DNA of 64,000 bases from an uncultured Rickettsiales bacterium (GTDB lineage Bacteria > Pseudomonadota > Alphaproteobacteria > Rickettsiales > CAZNNM01). The DNA is taken from positions 103,459-167,458 of the forward strand of contig CAZNNM010000004.1 in the NCBI GenBank assembly GCA_964574415.1, read 5' to 3'. The position numbers and the translations under genes were made by a program. Below the pieces are notes generated by a model, which was not told where the DNA came from, made no database searches, and saw only the letters and a program-made list of their open reading frames with translations. Position 1 is the first letter of the stretch. The number at the start of each line of letters is the position of its first letter. Below, piece after piece: positions 27,904 to 36,738 of this stretch.

Positions 27904-30057
27904 ATGATGAGTTTGAGAGTATTAAAAACATTATTCTTGCTGGGACTGGTAACGCTAAGCGTTTCGGCCTGCGATCTCATCAAACCTAACCCTGAGTGTG
28001 TGGCATCTGATGAGATGGGGGATGTAGTAGGTAGCCGTAAAGAAATTCCATCCTCTTCAGCGGGCTGGAAACCTACGAATGTCCGTGTCACCAATGAGGG
28101 CCCGCTTGTAGTAGAAATCAATAGCGGTACGCTTAATCTTTGCGGCGTTGCAAGCAGTGATGTGAGCGTGATGGCGAGTAAGGATATAACGAATCCATTT
28201 AACTATATGTTCTTTCCTTCAGGGCAAACAACGCCGATTGCTATTGGGCCTTATGTTAGCCCGAATGATATTATTACGATTGAAATTCCAGACCCAGCAC
28301 CACGGCCTACTTATAACCTTTGGGAATATCAAACATCGTCCAACGTGAATATGGTCGCTACGGCGGGTATTCCGCCAAATGCGGAAACATTTTGCACGGG
28401 ATCAGCTAGTGGATGCTGGTTTAAAAACGGGGCAGGTTTACGGATTGGGGTGGCACAATATGGTGGATTCTCTCCATTTGCAGGGATTCCGATATTTTCA
28501 TTCTTAGGTGACTCTGTTAAAGAATCCATTGTGAATTCGAGCTTCCAGCCATTAACAAGTACGACATCCTTTACAGGGTTCTCTGGCCTTTCCACCGCGC
28601 CATTGCGTGTGCCGAGTACATTCTCTCCTGGTTTCCTCGCTATCAGCGTAATGGACGCCGATGGAAATGCTATGAATAACTACGGTGGCTACGCCATGAA
28701 AGTAACCCGTTATGGCTGTCCGAAGAATGACGGTGAAGCATTATATGCCACCATCCAACCATCCGGCCAATCGCCATCCGGTGATCCGAGTGATATGAAA
28801 GAGATGAAGGGTGGCTATGATGGTGGCGCTTGGGGAACGGGTAATCTGTGGCTGAAAATTAAAGATGTTGATAGTGATTTGGGGAATAACGTCGGTAGTT
28901 ATAACGTACAGATTAAAACAACCTATGAGGATTTATTCTCAACCTCTTATTATCTCAATATTATCATCAAGAATATTAAACACACGCTCGAAAAAGCGCA
29001 GATGGCGATTTATCAATCCATCGTGAATACGGACTTTGCCAATGTCATCCATATAATGATATTATTATATATCATTATCTATGGTATCATGTTCACCTTA
29101 GGTATGGTTGAAGATAAGCAGGCGGATTTCATACGCCGCGTGGTCAAAATTGCCATTATCAACCAACTCACCATGCCGGGTAGCTTTGATTTCTTCAATG
29201 ATCATCTTTTGGTACTTTTTACATACGGACGGGATTATCTTATCCATGTCATGAGCAATGCGCATAGGGATATTATTCCACCTTGGACACCTGAATCAGA
29301 GATTGATTTCGGCTTTATTGACGATACGATCGGTATATTCTTCCGTGGTACAACCTGGATTAAGATACTTGCACTATTAGTGGGTGCGCCATTTGGATTT
29401 ATTTATGTGATCATCATCTTCTTGGGAATGTATCTCTTCCTCAAGGCGGTGATTGGGGCGTTGATTATTTATCTCTTGGCGTTGATTGCAGTAACATTAT
29501 TGATTGCGCTTGCGCCTCTATTCATCAGCTTTGCGCTCTTCCCACGCACCAGGAACTTGTTTGATAACTGGATTAGAGAACTGTTTAGCTATGCGTTACA
29601 GCCGGTCATGGTGTTTGCGGCTCTGGCGTTGTTCCATTATATTATGGTGGCCACGATTGAGCGTTTGTTCTCCTTCTCAGCATGTTGGGATTGCGTGGCG
29701 CCGAAGATTCCGATTATTCCAGGCGTATTGGAATTATGCTGGTTTGCCTTCTATACACCACGCAGCACATCGGCGGATGGCGGTTATGATCTCTTCCCAA
29801 TCAGCTTCCTTGAAGTATTGATCTTCTTGCTGGTGGCATATAGTGCTGGTAAGTTCATTGAATTCGCACAAACCTTGGCGAAAGTGCTGGTGGGTAGTAA
29901 TGGTACGCAAAGCTTAGGTGCTACGGCCGCAGGTATTCAGCATAAAGCAGGTCAGAATCTGAAAGGTGCGGTTGGTCGCGATAAGAAGAGCCAGGCACGC
30001 CATAAGCAAGCGGTCAGTAAAGCTCGGGCTGCTAAGAAGAGAGATGGGGCAAAATAA
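27904..30057 (+). CDS. virB6: VirB6/TrbL-family paralog 4: lipoprotein signal, N-domain homologous to paralog 3, short basic tail
   Basis: Lipobox VSAC. Core ILLYIIIYGIMFTLGM...LAPLFISFALFPRTRNLFDNWIRE. N-domain motif NNYGGYAMKV..GC aligns with paralog 3. Confidence 0.8.
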   Translation: MMSLRVLKTLFLLGLVTLSVSACDLIKPNPECVASDEMGDVVGSRKEIPSSSAGWKPTNVRVTNEGPLVVEINSGTLNLCGVASSDVSVMASKDITNPFNYMFFPSGQTTPIAIGPYVSPNDIITIEIPDPAPRPTYNLWEYQTSSNVNMVATAGIPPNAETFCTGSASGCWFKNGAGLRIGVAQYGGFSPFAGIPIFSFLGDSVKESIVNSSFQPLTSTTSFTGFSGLSTAPLRVPSTFSPGFLAISVMDADGNAMNNYGGYAMKVTRYGCPKNDGEALYATIQPSGQSPSGDPSDMKEMKGGYDGGAWGTGNLWLKIKDVDSDLGNNVGSYNVQIKTTYEDLFSTSYYLNIIIKNIKHTLEKAQMAIYQSIVNTDFANVIHIMILLYIIIYGIMFTLGMVEDKQADFIRRVVKIAIINQLTMPGSFDFFNDHLLVLFTYGRDYLIHVMSNAHRDIIPPWTPESEIDFGFIDDTIGIFFRGTTWIKILALLVGAPFGFIYVIIIFLGMYLFLKAVIGALIIYLLALIAVTLLIALAPLFISFALFPRTRNLFDNWIRELFSYALQPVMVFAALALFHYIMVATIERLFSFSACWDCVAPKIPIIPGVLELCWFAFYTPRSTSADGGYDLFPISFLEVLIFLLVAYSAGKFIEFAQTLAKVLVGSNGTQSLGATAAGIQHKAGQNLKGAVGRDKKSQARHKQAVSKARAAKKRDGAK

Positions 30058-33000
30058 TGCGCTATAATATCTTAAAACCTCTTTCGATTGCATTCCTGCT
30101 CTTGGCGCTTACAGCGTGCGAGCAGTCCAAACCGTGTATTGATGCGGACGATTTTGGTTTGCCAAAAATCAATCTGAATGCTGCTGGGAAAAATATCCAA
30201 GGTGCTGAGGAGCGCCAAGTATCGGAATGGGTGGATTCTGGCTTAGTGCTTATTGACCAGAAATTGCTGTTAAGCGTTTATGGCCGCTGGTATCCATGGA
30301 CACCAGGCGGGGTGGATGCTAACCAGAATACGTCCAATAGCGGCTCAAATGAAGGTTTAACCCAGAGTGTGGTGGCCAATCACTGTACGTATGTGCCTAT
30401 GGCCAATGCGATTGATCCGTCTGATTCGTCCTGCGTACGTATCCCATCCAAAGATTGGCCATGTTGGCTGACGAGAGGTATGGGGGTTTACGGCCTAGCG
30501 CTGGAAACTCAAGCCAGCCGTGGTAATAAAGAGGGTGGATATGCCGCTATCTATAACCCGAACCGCACTATGCGCGATATGCGCCAGCCATCAGAAGGAA
30601 CGACCTTCCATTTAGGGGATAGCAGCGTTGCGGGCTTACCGCCAACAGGAACAGATCCTTATGAGCGTGCCGATGATGGCACACCGATGCGCCAGATTTA
30701 TTTTGACTCCATTTCCGATAAAGGCGGTGGGTATGATGGTGACATCAGCGCTTTAGGAAAAAATGGCGCCCGGATGTATGACCGCCTGTATTTCAAGATT
30801 CTGGATACGTTCTATGCGGATAACGCAGGTTCTATGGTAGTAAAAGTACGCCACGGTGCTGCAAACCCTGATCCAGGGCCGATTGAGACGTTGATTAAGT
30901 CGATTCAGACGATTTTGAACAATTCAGCGAAAATGGTTTATAGCTCGTTGGTAGGGCAAAATTTTGAAACGGGTGCGATTGAAAACACAGCGCCTATGAT
31001 GGCCGTGCGTGCGCTTCTGGTGTTGTATATTATGTTCTATGCAATTTATTTTGTCATGGGATTGGCAAGTGCAACAACAAAAGATTTAGTGATACGTACC
31101 TTTAAAGTAGGTGTAATTGTGGCTGTGACTTCTCCACAAAGTTTTGATTTCTTCACCAACCATCTATTCGTTTTGTTTACAGAGGGTGCGAATGAAATCA
31201 TTAATTGGATATGTAATGCTATTATCGGTACAGGGCGTAATGGGGGTGATGTTACCCGCATGGTGTTCTTTGATGATATGCTCTATAAATTCACTGCATG
31301 GGAAACCCATGCCAAGATTTGGTCATTGATCTTTGATCCAAGTGTGGATTGGGGTGGTGTGATGCATCCGCCAAAAATTGAAGCATTTGTCTATATTCCA
31401 ATTATTTACATTGCGATTTTCATGTTCTTAATCGCATTGGCAAAATGTGTACTGTTCTATTTGATCGCATTGATCGTGGTTGCCTTGCTCATTGCGGTAG
31501 CGCCGATCTTTATCGTGCTGATGTTATTTGAAAAAACCAAAGAGTTGTTTGAAGAATGGTTAAAGCAACTGATTACTTCAGCTATGCAGCCAATCATCAT
31601 CATGGCATTCATGAGCTTGCTCTATGTGGTGATCATGCAAAGCCTGTATGACACGGTAGGCTATCGTGCATGCTGGGATACATGGTGGACAGGTGAGTTC
31701 TGGAAAGAAAGCTTCATTGATATTTACCCGCAAGGTGGATTCAAGTTCTGGATGCCAAATATCCGTCCTGATGTATGGGAATATCTCTGGGTGCCTCCAT
31801 TCTATAACCAAACCGTCAATGATGTGTTGATCCAAGCAAGTTTGGAAACAAATTCAACGGATATGTTGAGCGCGTTGCAAACGTCTGCGCCGGATTTATA
31901 TAATAGCATCATGGCGCAATGCGGTGGCCGGAACTCTACCTTAATGTATGCCGTACAGGATTGCCGTTTGGTGGATTATCCATCGCTCGATCCGGATATT
32001 TATTTAGATAAATTATTGCGTGTCACGGGTGGTTCTACGGTAACGTTCTTGGATATTCTCACATTTGGTATCGTGATTTATCTGATGTTATTATTCACCG
32101 ATCATGTGCCTGCAATTGCACGTAACCTCACTGGCGGACGCCATGCTGGTAACTTTGAAGGTGCTGCTGGCGGTGCGTGGGGTGCTATTAGCTCTATTGG
32201 TGGTGGTGCGCTGGGTATCGGTGCGCGTGTCACAGGCGCAAGTAAAATTACGGCGGCTGTCAGACGTGCGAAACATCAATACCAAGATGCAGCCAATACG
32301 GGCTTTGGTATGGTCAAACCAGGCGGTGGGCCGCTTAATAAGATTAAGGATGGCATTGGTAACATCAAACCAATTAAAGCGGTTAATGATAAGCTGGATG
32401 CTGCAAGCAAGCATATTGATAAATATGCGAAGATTGGTGAGAAACGCATCGATAAAGCACGCCATGCAATGGGTGGTGCAATTGAGAAGGCGGATGGCCT
32501 CATCGGAGGCAGAGATGCACCGCTGGGTGTTGGCCCGCTTGCTCCAGTTAAGAGCGCTCTGGACACAGCCTATAACGCTGCGACCTTAACACCGCGTGCT
32601 GTGAATGCGCTGCATAATAAGATCAAAGAAAATAAAGAGAAGGAGAAGGCTGAGGAAGAAGCTAAGCGCAAGAATGGTGGCGCTGGTGCTCCTGGTACGG
32701 GCGGTACTGGCGCTTCCGGTAGTGGAGGTACTCCGGGTACTCCAGGCGGTACTGGTGCTTCCGGTAGTACAGGTACACCAGGTACTCCAAGTGGCTCGGC
32801 TACTCCAGGTACACCAGGTGCTGATAATAAAGGTAAGCCTACGCCAGATGATGTTGCACGTGATGCCGCTGTATCCAAGGCGAAGGATGATCAGCGTGAT
32901 AAAGATGATAAAGCTCGCGCTGATGCTAAGGCCAAGGATGATAAAGACAGAGACGATGCAAAAGCTAAGGATGAGAAAGATAAATCCACAGCAGATGATA

Positions 33001-33401
33001 AGGCTCGCGCTGATGCTAAGGCCAAGGATGATAAAGACAGAGACGATGCGAAAGCTAAGGATGAGAAAGATAGATCCGCAGCAGACGCTAAATCCCGTGA
33101 AGATGCTGATGCAAAAGCTAAAGCCGATGAAGATAAGGCTAAAGCAGATCGTGCGCAATCATCCTCTGGACCTGAGCTGGTGCTAGACGATCAGTTCAAA
33201 CAAGGGCAGCAAGCCCAAACGCCAGAGAAGAAAGGCTTGTCGCAACATGAGAAAGACCGACTCAGTAACGAGCTTAACTTCAAGAGGGCTGAATTGCTCA
33301 AGCTGGAACGCGATCCACTCAGTAATAGCGATCCAAGATTGCGCAGCCAGATCAATGCCTTGAAAGCAGAAATCAGCGTTATTAAGGGCCAGCTTGATTA
33401 G
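30057..33401 (+). CDS. virB6: VirB6/TrbL-family paralog 5: lipoprotein signal, largest (1114 aa), ~430-aa Gly/Thr/Pro plus Lys/Asp-rich tail
   Basis: Lipobox LTAC. Core LVLYIMFYAIYFVMGL...VAPIFIVLMLFEKTKELFEEWLKQ. TAATG overlap with paralog 4. Confidence 0.8.
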   Translation: MRYNILKPLSIAFLLLALTACEQSKPCIDADDFGLPKINLNAAGKNIQGAEERQVSEWVDSGLVLIDQKLLLSVYGRWYPWTPGGVDANQNTSNSGSNEGLTQSVVANHCTYVPMANAIDPSDSSCVRIPSKDWPCWLTRGMGVYGLALETQASRGNKEGGYAAIYNPNRTMRDMRQPSEGTTFHLGDSSVAGLPPTGTDPYERADDGTPMRQIYFDSISDKGGGYDGDISALGKNGARMYDRLYFKILDTFYADNAGSMVVKVRHGAANPDPGPIETLIKSIQTILNNSAKMVYSSLVGQNFETGAIENTAPMMAVRALLVLYIMFYAIYFVMGLASATTKDLVIRTFKVGVIVAVTSPQSFDFFTNHLFVLFTEGANEIINWICNAIIGTGRNGGDVTRMVFFDDMLYKFTAWETHAKIWSLIFDPSVDWGGVMHPPKIEAFVYIPIIYIAIFMFLIALAKCVLFYLIALIVVALLIAVAPIFIVLMLFEKTKELFEEWLKQLITSAMQPIIIMAFMSLLYVVIMQSLYDTVGYRACWDTWWTGEFWKESFIDIYPQGGFKFWMPNIRPDVWEYLWVPPFYNQTVNDVLIQASLETNSTDMLSALQTSAPDLYNSIMAQCGGRNSTLMYAVQDCRLVDYPSLDPDIYLDKLLRVTGGSTVTFLDILTFGIVIYLMLLFTDHVPAIARNLTGGRHAGNFEGAAGGAWGAISSIGGGALGIGARVTGASKITAAVRRAKHQYQDAANTGFGMVKPGGGPLNKIKDGIGNIKPIKAVNDKLDAASKHIDKYAKIGEKRIDKARHAMGGAIEKADGLIGGRDAPLGVGPLAPVKSALDTAYNAATLTPRAVNALHNKIKENKEKEKAEEEAKRKNGGAGAPGTGGTGASGSGGTPGTPGGTGASGSTGTPGTPSGSATPGTPGADNKGKPTPDDVARDAAVSKAKDDQRDKDDKARADAKAKDDKDRDDAKAKDEKDKSTADDKARADAKAKDDKDRDDAKAKDEKDRSAADAKSREDADAKAKADEDKAKADRAQSSSGPELVLDDQFKQGQQAQTPEKKGLSQHEKDRLSNELNFKRAELLKLERDPLSNSDPRLRSQINALKAEISVIKGQLD
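32907..33086 (+). repeat. Tandem 90-bp coding repeat (2 near-identical copies) encoding DKARADAKAKDDKDRDDAKAKDEKD[KR]S[TA]AD
   Basis: Copies at 32907-32996 and 32997-33086 differ at only a handful of positions. Confidence 0.9.
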
Positions 33402-33408
33402 AGATATA

Positions 33409-33446
33409 ATGGCGCATCACGGATAATGATGCGCCATTGAGTTTGG
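33409..33446 (+). terminator. Hairpin terminator candidate after the virB6 array
   Basis: Perfect 11-bp stem ATGGCGCATCA / TGATGCGCCAT with a 7-nt loop, 8 nt after the stop. The T-tract is weak (TTGAGTTTGG). Confidence 0.5.
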
Positions 33447-33510
33447 TGGGTGAGATGGTTGAGGCTATATAAGCTGACTCTTGTCAGTTGCTGCATGTCT
33501 CGTATTCTAT

Positions 33511-33596
33511 TGTCATCGCGAGCTTAAGCGTGGCGATCCAGGGACAGAGAAGCTAGCCTCTGGATTACCACGTCGCCACCGCTCCTCGCAATGACA
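33511..33596. repeat. PE-2 copy
   Basis: TGTCATCGCGAGCTTAAGCGTGGCGATCCAGG ... CTGGATTACCACGTCGCCACCGCTCCTCGCAATGACA. Confidence 0.85.
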
Positions 33597-33631
33597 GAAA
33601 ACCATGCAACGCTGTTTAAACTATTGATACT

Positions 33632-33740
33632 TGTCATCCCGGACATGATCCGGGATCCCCTGTTATGGTAGTGTCATTGATAAGAATTAAGCTCTTAGCG
33701 CCAGTCTTGGTGGATTCCGGGTCAAGCCCGGAATGACAAG
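33632..33740. repeat. PE-3 copy
   Basis: Full copy, preceded by CTATTGATACT as in the 43582 copy. Confidence 0.85.
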
Positions 33741-33760
33741 AGCGAAAGCCATGCAACAAC

Positions 33761-33784
33761 CCGGATCAAGTCCAAGAATGACAG
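33761..33784. repeat. PE-4 half copy
   Basis: CCGGATCAAGTCCAAGAATGACAG only. Confidence 0.55.
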
Positions 33785-33807
33785 GGATATATAGCACTTG
33801 AATAGTG

Positions 33808-34287
33808 CTACTTTATCACTGTCCGCCGAATCTCTTCGCCCCATTCATCCACCAGCTTTTGCTGGTCTTCCTTAAGGCTGGAGATTTTGATTTGGGCGCG
33901 GGCGGTGAAGATGAAGGCGATGAATTGTGGCATGATCCATACCATCATCCAGCCAAAAGCGGCCGCACCATAGCAGAGCAGCCATACATAAGGATCTGTA
34001 ATAAGATTCTGCACAGCACCGACAGATTCTTTGCCTTTCCACAGTTCAAATAAGAACGGCAACACGCCCATGAAATTAAACGCCCCAATGGTTTTAGACG
34101 CGCATTTGCCATGGCCTCTATCAATCACCGAAGCGACTACGGCAGGCATCATGCTTAAAATAAGGAACACCAGCGCATAGATGGAAATGGTGGCGATAAG
34201 TATGCAGGCCAGTACCAGGATCGTTTTCCCTACAACCCCTACACCTTGTATCGGTTTGCTATGCGTGCTGCGGTTCTTTTTTGCCAT
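33808..34287 (-). CDS. Hypothetical 4-TM membrane protein, co-oriented 10 nt downstream of the kinase-like gene
   Basis: 159-aa ORF with about four hydrophobic helices. No family recognised. Confidence 0.45.
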   Translation of the reverse strand: MAKKNRSTHSKPIQGVGVVGKTILVLACILIATISIYALVFLILSMMPAVVASVIDRGHGKCASKTIGAFNFMGVLPFLFELWKGKESVGAVQNLITDPYVWLLCYGAAAFGWMMVWIMPQFIAFIFTARAQIKISSLKEDQQKLVDEWGEEIRRTVIK

Positions 34288-34296
34288 ATTGTGTCC

Positions 34297-36546
34297 TTAC
34301 ATCGTCCGCATCATCAATAATAGAATTTCAATCGAGCAGAAGAAATACGAGATCACCACCGCTAGCCGTAAACCATAGCGGTAACCAAGGCTGGAGACGG
34401 TGCTTTTGCTATCTAATTTGGAGATTTCCTGGCCGATTTCTTGATATTCCTCAATCGCCTCTTGATAGCCAATCATATCCTGCATGATATATTGCGAATC
34501 GGCGATGATCTGGAAGAGCTTGATCAAATTACCATCTTTAGCGACTTTGCGGATATTACTATGCAGTTCTTTCTTGATTGTCTTGCCATGTAAGATACTG
34601 GTTGCACTGAGCATCTGATTTGCCAGTGCTTCCGAAAGCGTACGGAGTTTCGCGCCGGTTTCTTTTTGTGCGAGCATTAAGAGGGCAAGGGCTTGTATAT
34701 GTTTATTCCCTGCAAATTCAGGGAATTTCTCCAGGGTTTTGACCCGGATTTCATTGTTTAAATCGATGCGGTTAGCAATAAATGCGGCGATGTGGCGGTC
34801 AAACGGATAGTCTTTAATCGTTGTTTTGCTATCCAGAATTTCAAGTAATTCTGGCAAAGAAATCGGCGCCTCTTTAATCACTAAGGGGCTTTGACAAGGC
34901 AGGAACGGGTTGATTTCATAGAGACAACGCTCCATGCCAAATCCAAAGCCTTTTTTGCTGAGGAAGTTCATGCAACGTTTTAAATGCCAGAGATATTCAT
35001 TCTTGCTCTTCTTCTCTCCTGGAGGCGGCTTGTGGTATTCCAGGAAATTATACGAGATGAGATAGCCAATAAGCTGAATATAATCACGCTTATGGGTGCT
35101 ATAAGCATAGGCAAGCAAGGGTGCGATACCATCGATATTAGTCGAGATATCTTTAATCCGCATCGGCCCTTCCGGGTCAAGAATAAGGGTGGTGCGGGTG
35201 ACTAGCTCATCATCCTCATCAAATGTCGTGCGGATGGAGAGGCCCTTTTTCATGGTGATTTTATCTGCTTTGCGCAGCTTATCGGCCATATCAGGATCGC
35301 CCACGCTTCCTTCTACCCATTTAATCAGCTTATCTTCGCGCAGGAATTTCTTGGCGCTATCCCAATAACGGAACAAATCATGCGCAAAAGCGCGGCGGTT
35401 GAAATATTGCTGGCCGTTAAAATGTAATGAGCGTGTTGCTTCCACAATCGGTGGAACGCGCACCAGGTTGAAGCGCTTGCCTTTGACCCATTCGCTCAGC
35501 TGAATATGATGCCATCGAGTGCCTTTCTTATCGTTGAGCAGGCCGCGGCAGAGGTCAAGCATATAAGGCGAAAGTGGTTGATTGCCGACCAAGGTGTTAA
35601 ACGAACCTTTGACCATTTTCGCACGCAGAATCTCTTCATCATCCATTTCTTCTACGGTATTGCGACCGCTTAGCATAAATACGGCTAACACGCCAAGCGC
35701 ATAATAATCCGCCGAAGAATCGCCTTCGCCTTTAGCAATAGGCAATGCACAGCCGCGTTCAATTGGCTCATAGACCATTTTCTGTGAAAAACCACAAGGC
35801 TCTGACACACATTCGCGTACAGAAATATTCAAATTTTCATCAAAGAACACATTCTCAAGATTGATATTGCCATGTGTCACCCCGATTGCTTCTAACTCAC
35901 CGAGCATTGCATTAAGCGGGGTGATGATTTTTTCCACGAGGAACTCTTCCGTGCAGGCGCCGGTTTCTTTCATATATTGCGCCAGCGAAATGCGGCGTCT
36001 TTCGGGTAGTGGTAATACCACAACGCAAAAATGCTCCTGGAAGGAGGTAAGAAAGGTCACATCACAGGCAACGGGTGTATTAAGGGTAAGATCGCTAAAG
36101 GTTTTGAGCGTATTAATAGCAGAAAGCCGCCAAGGGATAGTCTTATCCAGCACCAGGCAATAATATGCATCCTCCATTTTACGCTTCTTATCATGCACCA
36201 TATAGGCGCGCGCAAAAGTGGAGGTTAAATTAGGCAGGGCGTCGTTTGTATCAACATAATACTGTCCGCCGACATGGTTTTCTGTTTTCTGGCGGATGAG
36301 GCTGCTAAGTTCTTTCTTCTGGCTAAAACTTGCGCTGGATTCGGTATCTTTCCCGCGTAAAGCGGCCACCATATCCTGTTCAGCATGAGAACTGCCGATC
36401 GTATCAGCGCCACTGGTGCCGTTTTCCTCTGTCTCAATAATATCATCAGAGCCAGCGGCCACCACAGGCGCATCGCTAGGCATGGAGAAGGATTCTTCCT
36501 CCTCAAACTGCCCTTGTTGCTCACCTGTTTGTACGTCGTCTTTCAT
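34297..36546 (-). CDS. Protein-kinase-like (probably catalytically degenerate) protein with acidic N-terminus and C-terminal TM anchor
   Basis: Kinase subdomain pattern: HGNINLENVFF (cf. HRDLKPEN), ISVRECV in place of DFG, YEPIE (APE-like), ADYYALGVLAVFMLSG (DxWSxG-like). Last ~25 aa are hydrophobic. Confidence 0.55.
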   Translation of the reverse strand: MKDDVQTGEQQGQFEEEESFSMPSDAPVVAAGSDDIIETEENGTSGADTIGSSHAEQDMVAALRGKDTESSASFSQKKELSSLIRQKTENHVGGQYYVDTNDALPNLTSTFARAYMVHDKKRKMEDAYYCLVLDKTIPWRLSAINTLKTFSDLTLNTPVACDVTFLTSFQEHFCVVVLPLPERRRISLAQYMKETGACTEEFLVEKIITPLNAMLGELEAIGVTHGNINLENVFFDENLNISVRECVSEPCGFSQKMVYEPIERGCALPIAKGEGDSSADYYALGVLAVFMLSGRNTVEEMDDEEILRAKMVKGSFNTLVGNQPLSPYMLDLCRGLLNDKKGTRWHHIQLSEWVKGKRFNLVRVPPIVEATRSLHFNGQQYFNRRAFAHDLFRYWDSAKKFLREDKLIKWVEGSVGDPDMADKLRKADKITMKKGLSIRTTFDEDDELVTRTTLILDPEGPMRIKDISTNIDGIAPLLAYAYSTHKRDYIQLIGYLISYNFLEYHKPPPGEKKSKNEYLWHLKRCMNFLSKKGFGFGMERCLYEINPFLPCQSPLVIKEAPISLPELLEILDSKTTIKDYPFDRHIAAFIANRIDLNNEIRVKTLEKFPEFAGNKHIQALALLMLAQKETGAKLRTLSEALANQMLSATSILHGKTIKKELHSNIRKVAKDGNLIKLFQIIADSQYIMQDMIGYQEAIEEYQEIGQEISKLDSKSTVSSLGYRYGLRLAVVISYFFCSIEILLLMMRTM

Positions 36547-36738
36547 GCTCTACCTTGATCTGAAACACTTCTTCCCTTTATCTACTCTAGTATTCCTTTG
36601 TAAATATAGGGTTAAAAAAGCGGGAGATCGTGGCTAAGCGTCGCTTTTGTGGAGAAAGGGAGGGGATTTGGTATATGAAATATTAACGATCTTTATACCC
36701 CTATACGAAGTAAAACACACGAAATCCCAAAAACCTTG

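Noticed and set aside
33511-33784. CRISPR array hypothesis for the clusters of short repeats at 33.5, 43.6, 45.7, 52.0 and 54.1 kb
   Set aside because: Adjacent repeats belong to different families and occur in both orientations. Each is an inverted-repeat pair rather than a single direct repeat, spacing is irregular, and no cas genes are present.
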